Shown: piece after piece, positions 59,291 to 64,000 of the stretch
Layout: each line of letters starts with the position of its first letter
How positions within the stretch are numbered: the stretch's first letter is position 1
Assembly (NCBI GenBank): GCA_014360805.1
Contig: JACIWU010000003.1
Location: forward strand, 5,020-69,019
Direction of reading: 5' to 3'
Length of the DNA: 64,000 nt
DNA from: Chloroflexota bacterium
Lineage (GTDB): Bacteria; Chloroflexota; Anaerolineae; DTLA01
Notes under the pieces: model-generated
Database searches by the model: none
The model's input: the letters and a program-made list of their open reading frames with translations, nothing else
Told to the model about the DNA's origin: nothing
Position numbers and translations under genes: made by a program

Positions 59291-59456
59291 CCGCCCGCGT
59301 CCAGCCGCACACAAAAGCAGGTCCCCAGGCGAGCAGTGCCTGGGGACTTCGCACGCTTTGTCCGGCGTGCAGGCCCGCCCGCGGACGCGCGTCAACCTCA
59401 CGCGCCGCCCGGAACGACGGCCTGTAGCGGAGGATTCGGTTCAGGCGCGCCGGTGT

Positions 59457-59564
59457 CTAGTGCGCGTCCGTCCGCCGACGCTGCAGCATCTGGCCGATGG
59501 CGCCGCCGACGATGGACAGGACTCCGAAGGCTACCAGGGCTACCGGTCCGATGAAGTCGTACAT
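59457..59564 (-). CDS. 35-aa single-TM peptide downstream of the multiheme cytochrome gene
   Basis: This ORF is not in the track. My translation is MYDFIGPVALVAFGVLSIVGGAIGQMLQRRRTDAH. It is preceded by a strong AAAGGAGA ribosome-binding site 7 nt upstream. Confidence 0.4.
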   Translation of the reverse strand: MYDFIGPVALVAFGVLSIVGGAIGQMLQRRRTDAH

Positions 59565-59588
59565 GTCTTATCTCCTTTCACGCGTGAG

Positions 59589-61136
59589 TTAGGGTTTCTT
59601 TCCTGTTGGGTGGCACAGAACACACTTGTTCTGGATATCGGAGATGCCGCGCGCGCTGTGTACCTGCGTCATGCCGTCCGTGGCGTGGCACGTGTCGCAG
59701 TGGTATGTGGTGAAGTCGTTCTTGGGATGGCACAGCACGCACGTCTTGGCCGCCCCGTCGTGGTCCTGCGGGAACAGGTGCGCGGCCTTCGTCGGGGCTT
59801 CCTCGGCCTTGTGGCACAGCAGGCAGAGCATATTCCCCCAGCCTTCGTGCGTCTCGGGGTACGGCTTGATGCCGCCCGGCGCATGGCACATCAGGCAGTC
59901 CTCGCGCCCCTGCGTTGAGTGCAAGATGGGCAACGGTGTTACGCCAGCCGGCTCGTGGCACGTGGTGCACGTGGACTCGGCCCGTCCGGCGTGAGTCGCC
60001 ACGGGGAACTGCGCGATCTTGCCCTCGCCATGGCAGGCCAGGCAGGCCTCGCGCCCCTCCACGGGGTGCAGGATAGCGGGCGACGGCGCCAGGGAATGGC
60101 ACGCCAGACACGTATCGTTTGTGCGGTCCTTGTGATCGGCGGGCAGAGCCATCGCGCCCTGGAGGCCATGGCAGGAGCGGCAGTCCTCGCGCCCCTGCGT
60201 GGGGTGCGGAATGGCGGAAGCGGCGGCCACCAGCGCCTGGGCCGACTGCGCCCAACCCTGCGGCGTGTGACACAGCGCGCAGTTGTCGTTTCCGAACTCG
60301 TGCGGACGCTTGTGGCAGTCGCTGCACACGCCCGACAGGCCCTTGAAGTTGGGCCAGCGGTGGCACGTGAAGCAGTCCGTTGTGGCATGCTTGCCCACCA
60401 GTTGGATGGGGTGCACCTTGAGCGTCGTCTGCTTCCACGTCTCGGTAGACGTGTGGCAGTCGCTGCAACTCAGGGCCTGCGCCACGTCGTGCGGCCCCAC
60501 ATGGCACGTGTCGCAGTCGGTCAGCCGTGCGCCCAGGTTGCGCTCCTTGTGGCAGTTCAAGCAGACACTCATGGAGCAGGTCGTCTGCCCCGTAACCGGA
60601 TCAAAGCCGTGGCCCACCGCCCCGTGGCAGTCGCTGCAATACACCCCGCAGGAAGACCCCTCCCATGCGGCATTGACCACAGCGCCATGAGGCGTGCGGA
60701 GGTTGTCGCCCGGGATTTCGGCGGGCAAATTGCGATGGCACGTCAGGCAGTCGGTCGGGTGCGACTTGGATAGGTCGGCGATGAGATTTTGATGCGCGGC
60801 GTCCTTGGCCGACCGGTTGGGCGTCCCGCCGTGGCACGTGATGCAACCCAGGCGACCGTGGGGCGTATTCAGCGTGGTCGGGTCAATGTAGGCCGACTTG
60901 GCCGTATCCGGCGACTCGGCCGAAGCCGCCAGCGCCTGGGGATCCGTGTGGCACTTGGTGCACTCGGTAGATACCGGAGCCGCATAGTTCACGAAATACA
61001 GCGTGGGCACGGGCGTTGCCTTCGGAGACAGCGCCTGACCCACCGGCTCCGCCAGGAGTCCGGCGATAACGGCCACTACCACGACCGCCAATGAGAGAGG
61101 AATCAGGTACCACTTGGGCCAATGGGATGGGAACAT
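59589..61136 (-). CDS. Membrane-anchored multiheme c-type cytochrome with about 19 CxxCH motifs
   Basis: It has an N-terminal TM helix. I counted 19 CxxCH motifs in 515 aa, including CTKCH, CITCH, CLTCH, CSDCH (three times) and CLNCH. Confidence 0.9.
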   Translation of the reverse strand: MFPSHWPKWYLIPLSLAVVVVAVIAGLLAEPVGQALSPKATPVPTLYFVNYAAPVSTECTKCHTDPQALAASAESPDTAKSAYIDPTTLNTPHGRLGCITCHGGTPNRSAKDAAHQNLIADLSKSHPTDCLTCHRNLPAEIPGDNLRTPHGAVVNAAWEGSSCGVYCSDCHGAVGHGFDPVTGQTTCSMSVCLNCHKERNLGARLTDCDTCHVGPHDVAQALSCSDCHTSTETWKQTTLKVHPIQLVGKHATTDCFTCHRWPNFKGLSGVCSDCHKRPHEFGNDNCALCHTPQGWAQSAQALVAAASAIPHPTQGREDCRSCHGLQGAMALPADHKDRTNDTCLACHSLAPSPAILHPVEGREACLACHGEGKIAQFPVATHAGRAESTCTTCHEPAGVTPLPILHSTQGREDCLMCHAPGGIKPYPETHEGWGNMLCLLCHKAEEAPTKAAHLFPQDHDGAAKTCVLCHPKNDFTTYHCDTCHATDGMTQVHSARGISDIQNKCVLCHPTGKKP

Positions 61137-61156
61137 AGTCCTTACCTCAATTCGCG

Positions 61157-62113
61157 CTATAGGGCCGCCGGTATGCCGGCATAGACAATCATGTAACGCA
61201 GGAGCAGGCCGGCGATGACAATCCCAACGCCGGAGCCAACGCCCGACGTCAGGGAGTGCTGCCCGCGACCGATGGCGTAGGCGTGGACCACAAACGGGAA
61301 CACCAAACCTACCAGCACCACGCCTATCCAGAAGACAACCGCCAGCGGCCCGTACAGCACCAGTTTGGCCGACTCCGCCGCCGCTCCCCCTGCGCTCAAT
61401 GCCGAGATGAACAGCAACCCAATGGCGATATTCTCCAACCCGATCAGGAAGATGTGGCTCAGGTCCATGATGCGGAACCGTCGCTGAATCTCGGGGTCCG
61501 CGATGGTCGCCGAGATGTCAAAGGTGAGGCCCATGCCCGTGGAGACCGCAGAGATCAGGAAGAGGATGGGCAACATGGGAATCCGCACGAACGGAAGCAC
61601 CGGCTGGCTCCACAGGGGGATGGCCGGGCCCACGTCGCTGATGAGCACGCCGGTGTACACGGCCGTGGCCACCGCGAAGACGCCCCCCACCGCCGCCACC
61701 CATCGGCGATACGTGCGGGCGTTGCGCAAGAGCCAGGGCGCTCGCGCCGACACGAATCCTTTGAGGAACGCCTCGGATTCCATCAACTCCAGGAAGCCAT
61801 ACACCAGGGCCAGCGGGATGAAGATGGTCAGAATCCAGATGCCCCACGTCATCACCGAACTGAAGTGGGTGAACATGTAGAAGATACGCCAGGGCTGCAT
61901 GCGCCCCGCGCCCAGGTCAAAGATGAGCAACGCGCTGCCCAGGGCCACCAGCGGGCCGCTCACCGTGGCCCCCACCAGCGCCACGGGGCAGAAGTTGCTC
62001 CTGTAGCGCCAGCCGCTCAGTTCAAAGAACGCCGCCATCAGAAAGGAGCCCGCGCCAAGCCCGCCGAGGAAGAGGTATATGGCGATCAACCAACCCCAGG
62101 CTGTCTGTCCCAT
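61157..62113 (-). CDS. NrfD/PsrC-family integral membrane subunit
   Basis: I placed the start at MGQTAWGWLIAIYLFLGGLGAGSF. The protein has about 8 TM helices. The upstream FeS gene stop and this start form a TGA-G-ATG junction. Confidence 0.75.
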   Translation of the reverse strand: MGQTAWGWLIAIYLFLGGLGAGSFLMAAFFELSGWRYRSNFCPVALVGATVSGPLVALGSALLIFDLGAGRMQPWRIFYMFTHFSSVMTWGIWILTIFIPLALVYGFLELMESEAFLKGFVSARAPWLLRNARTYRRWVAAVGGVFAVATAVYTGVLISDVGPAIPLWSQPVLPFVRIPMLPILFLISAVSTGMGLTFDISATIADPEIQRRFRIMDLSHIFLIGLENIAIGLLFISALSAGGAAAESAKLVLYGPLAVVFWIGVVLVGLVFPFVVHAYAIGRGQHSLTSGVGSGVGIVIAGLLLRYMIVYAGIPAAL

Positions 62114-62114
62114 C

Positions 62115-62789
62115 TCACTCCCCCTCAATGATGTAATGCAGGACCGCCGGATGGGTACCGAACTCCGGGTGCAGCGGCTTAGCCTTGCCCGACGCCACCA
62201 GTTGGGCCACCTCGCTGTTCGGGTCGTCCAGCCTGCCGAAGATGCGCGCGCCGAGAACACACGACTGCACGCAGGCCGGATCCTTGCCCTCGCTCACCCA
62301 GTCCAGGCACAGCCAGCACTTGTCCACCACGCCCCGCTCCTCGTCAAAGGTGCGCGCCTGATAGGGACATGCCACCTCGCAGTATTTGCACCCCACGCAC
62401 AGTTTCTCGTTGATGAGCACCACGCCGCTCTCGTGGCGATACGTGGCCCGCGTGGGGCACACACGCGCGCAGGGGGCATCGGCACAGTGTTGGCACTGGA
62501 CCGGGAGGAACCACTGGCGGCCTCTGTCATCCTTCGGCACGATGTGAACGTAACTCTTGCCCTCGGGGAGGTTGTTGCGGATGTTGCAGGCATGGACGCA
62601 CGCGCCGCAGCCCACGCACTTGGTGGTGTCAATGATGAGGGCATAGCGGGCTTTCGGCGCGTCGGTGCGGGCCAGGGCCGTCTGCGCGGCGGGGGCCAGA
62701 CCGACCCCCACTCCGCCCGCAGCCGCCACCGCGCCTGTCCCCAGGAGGTATCTCAGAAACGTCCTTCGGGAGAGTTTTGTATCTGACAT
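62115..62789 (-). CDS. Tat-exported 4x[4Fe-4S] ferredoxin-type subunit (NrfC/PsrB/DmsB-like)
   Basis: The twin-arginine signal is SRRTFLRYLLGTGAVAAAGG. Four Cys clusters are present: CVGCGACVHAC, CQHCADAPCARVCP, CVGCKYCEVACP and CWLC...C. Confidence 0.85.
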   Translation of the reverse strand: MSDTKLSRRTFLRYLLGTGAVAAAGGVGVGLAPAAQTALARTDAPKARYALIIDTTKCVGCGACVHACNIRNNLPEGKSYVHIVPKDDRGRQWFLPVQCQHCADAPCARVCPTRATYRHESGVVLINEKLCVGCKYCEVACPYQARTFDEERGVVDKCWLCLDWVSEGKDPACVQSCVLGARIFGRLDDPNSEVAQLVASGKAKPLHPEFGTHPAVLHYIIEGE

Positions 62790-62820
62790 CGGAATTCTCC
62801 TCAGCGTAGCACACCAGGTC

Positions 62821-62847
62821 TATAGTTATAGTCCACTATAACTATGC
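62821..62847. promoter_or_regulatory. AT-rich 12-4-12 palindrome CTATAGTTATAG-tcca-CTATAACTATg, a putative repressor operator overlapping the transcription start
   Basis: It is an 11/12 inverted repeat immediately downstream of the -10 box at 62851. It is unique in the window and is AT-rich in a 65% GC background. Confidence 0.5.
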
Positions 62848-62850
62848 ACA

Positions 62851-62879
62851 TTATAACACGGTTTTTGGCCGTTGTCAAG
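62851..62879 (-). promoter_or_regulatory. Consensus promoter (TTGACA-17-TATAAT) for the FeS/NrfD/multiheme cytochrome operon
   Basis: The minus strand reads cTTGACAacggccaaaaaccgtgtTATAATgtg. Confidence 0.55.
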
Positions 62880-63097
62880 ATTTCAGGACGAATTTCACAA
62901 AGTCTCTTTATCCATTCCGGGCCGCTTGTCCTCACTCATCCTAACGCCAGCCCCCTTCCGAGCACGGTCGGCTCTACGGTATCCGTACGTGGCCCGAATG
63001 TCCACCTCAACCATCCCCTCCTCAGCCCTCCCCTTCTCTCCGCCGGCGTAGAGGGAAGGGGAGGGTGCGGGAGGGGTTGGGTGAGGTCAAAAGCCCC

Positions 63098-63136
63098 GCG
63101 ACGGTGAAGACCCCAAGGGTCTCCGGGACCCTTGGG
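63098..63136. terminator. Perfect 15-bp-arm stem-loop AAGACCCCAAGGGTC-tccgg-GACCCTTGGGGTCTT between the SPFH gene and the FeS operon promoter
   Basis: I checked the reverse complement and the arms match exactly. It is followed by TTTGCG. Confidence 0.5.
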
Positions 63137-63225
63137 GTCTTTGCGTTGCCCCCACAGGGCGAGCAGGCCCGCGCGTCGCGCCACCCGCGAGCGGGACGCG
63201 CCCCGCCATGCCCGCCGCAGAACCG

Positions 63226-64000
63226 TCAGGAATTCGTCTCGTCCTTGGCGGCCTTCTCGCCCAGCGCGCTCAGGCCCGCAATCGTCCCTACATCGCGCAT
63301 CTCATCATAGGGCACTACCACCAGCGAGCCGCGCTCTTTCACGCCCTCCATGATCATGTTGAGCGTGCGCAGGCGAAAGGCCATCGGGTGATCCTCGTAC
63401 TGGCGGGCGGCTTCCAGAAAACTCTGGGCGATCTGCTGTTCGGCCTGGCCCAGGATGATCCGCGCCTGGCGCTCGCGTTCGGCCTGCGCCTGCCGCGACA
63501 TGGCGTCCTCCAGCGCCTCGGGGATCACGACATCCCGAATCTCCACCGACTCCACGGTAATGCCCCAGGGCGTCGTGCGGTGGTCTATGATCTGCTGCAA
63601 CTCGGCGTCTATCTTCTCGCGCCCGACCAGGATGTCGGCCAAATCCATCTTGCCGATGATGTCGCGCAGGGCCGTCTGCGCGGCCCAGGCGATGGCCATG
63701 CGATAGTTCTTCACCTCCAACGCCGCCTTCGTGGCATCCCACACTACCCAGAAGAGCACCGCGTCCACGTTTACGGGCACGGTGTCGCGGGTGAGCGTCT
63801 TCTCGGCGCCGAAGGGCGTTACCATCATCCGATGATCCACCCAGGCGGCGATGCGGTCCACCAGCGGGATGACCCAGAAGGAGCCAGGCCCGGCCACGCG
63901 GTGGAACTTGCCGAGCCGCAGGATCACCGCCCGCTCCCAGTGCTGCGCCACCTTGAACCCGAAGAGCAGGCCCACCGCCGCAAGGTACAGGGGAATCCCC
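63226..64000 (-). CDS. SPFH/band-7 (stomatin/HflK/C-like) membrane protein. The N-terminus lies beyond the window end.
   Basis: It contains a coiled-coil segment AQAERERQARIILGQAEQQIAQ. The translation continues upstream past 64000 into a TM helix. Confidence 0.8.
   Translation of the reverse strand, partial: GIPLYLAAVGLLFGFKVAQHWERAVILRLGKFHRVAGPGSFWVIPLVDRIAAWVDHRMMVTPFGAEKTLTRDTVPVNVDAVLFWVVWDATKAALEVKNYRMAIAWAAQTALRDIIGKMDLADILVGREKIDAELQQIIDHRTTPWGITVESVEIRDVVIPEALEDAMSRQAQAERERQARIILGQAEQQIAQSFLEAARQYEDHPMAFRLRTLNMIMEGVKERGSLVVVPYDEMRDVGTIAGLSALGEKAAKDETNS

Overview
This window is a high-GC (about 65%), gene-dense bacterial chromosomal segment with about 50 protein-coding genes. I found no rRNA, tRNA, CRISPR array, transposase or integrase. 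Most of the many overlapping ORFs in the six-frame track are antisense artefacts of the high GC content. All functional calls below rest on motifs and family hallmarks that I read directly in the translations. I have not run any database search or alignment.

Housekeeping genes present:
- an HtrA protease
- an HspR/ClpB heat-shock operon
- RtcA, RNase Z, Pcm
- a GH36 alpha-galactosidase
- CoaX, ComEC, a T-box-like proS
- an ABC-F ATPase and a CoaE fusion

Accessory modules that I would look at first:
1. A minus-strand block (3606..8878) combining a Ni-CODH catalytic subunit (CooS) that has no cooC/cooF partner, a DUF2249 protein, a hemerythrin, and a three-gene heme-copper-oxidase/NOR-like operon. 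The oxidase operon encodes a 34-aa TM peptide, a Cys-free cupredoxin subunit II, and a subunit I whose helix-VI metal-ligand His appears to be replaced (WWGLDMV).
2. An HspR - eRF1-like (GGQ-loop homolog reading GGW) - ClpB operon.
3. A long minus-strand signalling cluster (34480..51962). It holds a 2925-aa histidine kinase with about 12 tandem GAF domains and two receivers, a REC-GGDEF protein with a degenerate GGGDF motif, a single-domain receiver, and two paralogous alpha/beta hydrolases. It also holds a Ras/MglA-like GTPase, a PATAN/DUF4388 protein, a V4R-domain protein, an acyl-ACP-reductase-like enzyme and a left-handed-beta-helix protein.
4. A NrfC-like FeS / NrfD / 19-heme cytochrome c operon with a trailing 35-aa TM peptide and a near-consensus promoter overlapped by a palindromic operator.
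5. A 1950-aa thioester (CAEQ) alpha-2-macroglobulin lipoprotein.
6. An Acd-EtfB-EtfA module whose EtfA carries an N-terminal 2x[4Fe-4S] ferredoxin domain, as in CarCDE.
7. Two dispersed intergenic repeat families. One is a REP-like perfect palindrome (GTGCGACGCAC..GTGCGTCGCAC). The other is a tandemly amplified 'ACGAATCACACGAA' element that also encodes the C-terminal tail of a GNAT gene.

A recurring TGA-G-ATG stop/start junction couples three gene pairs.
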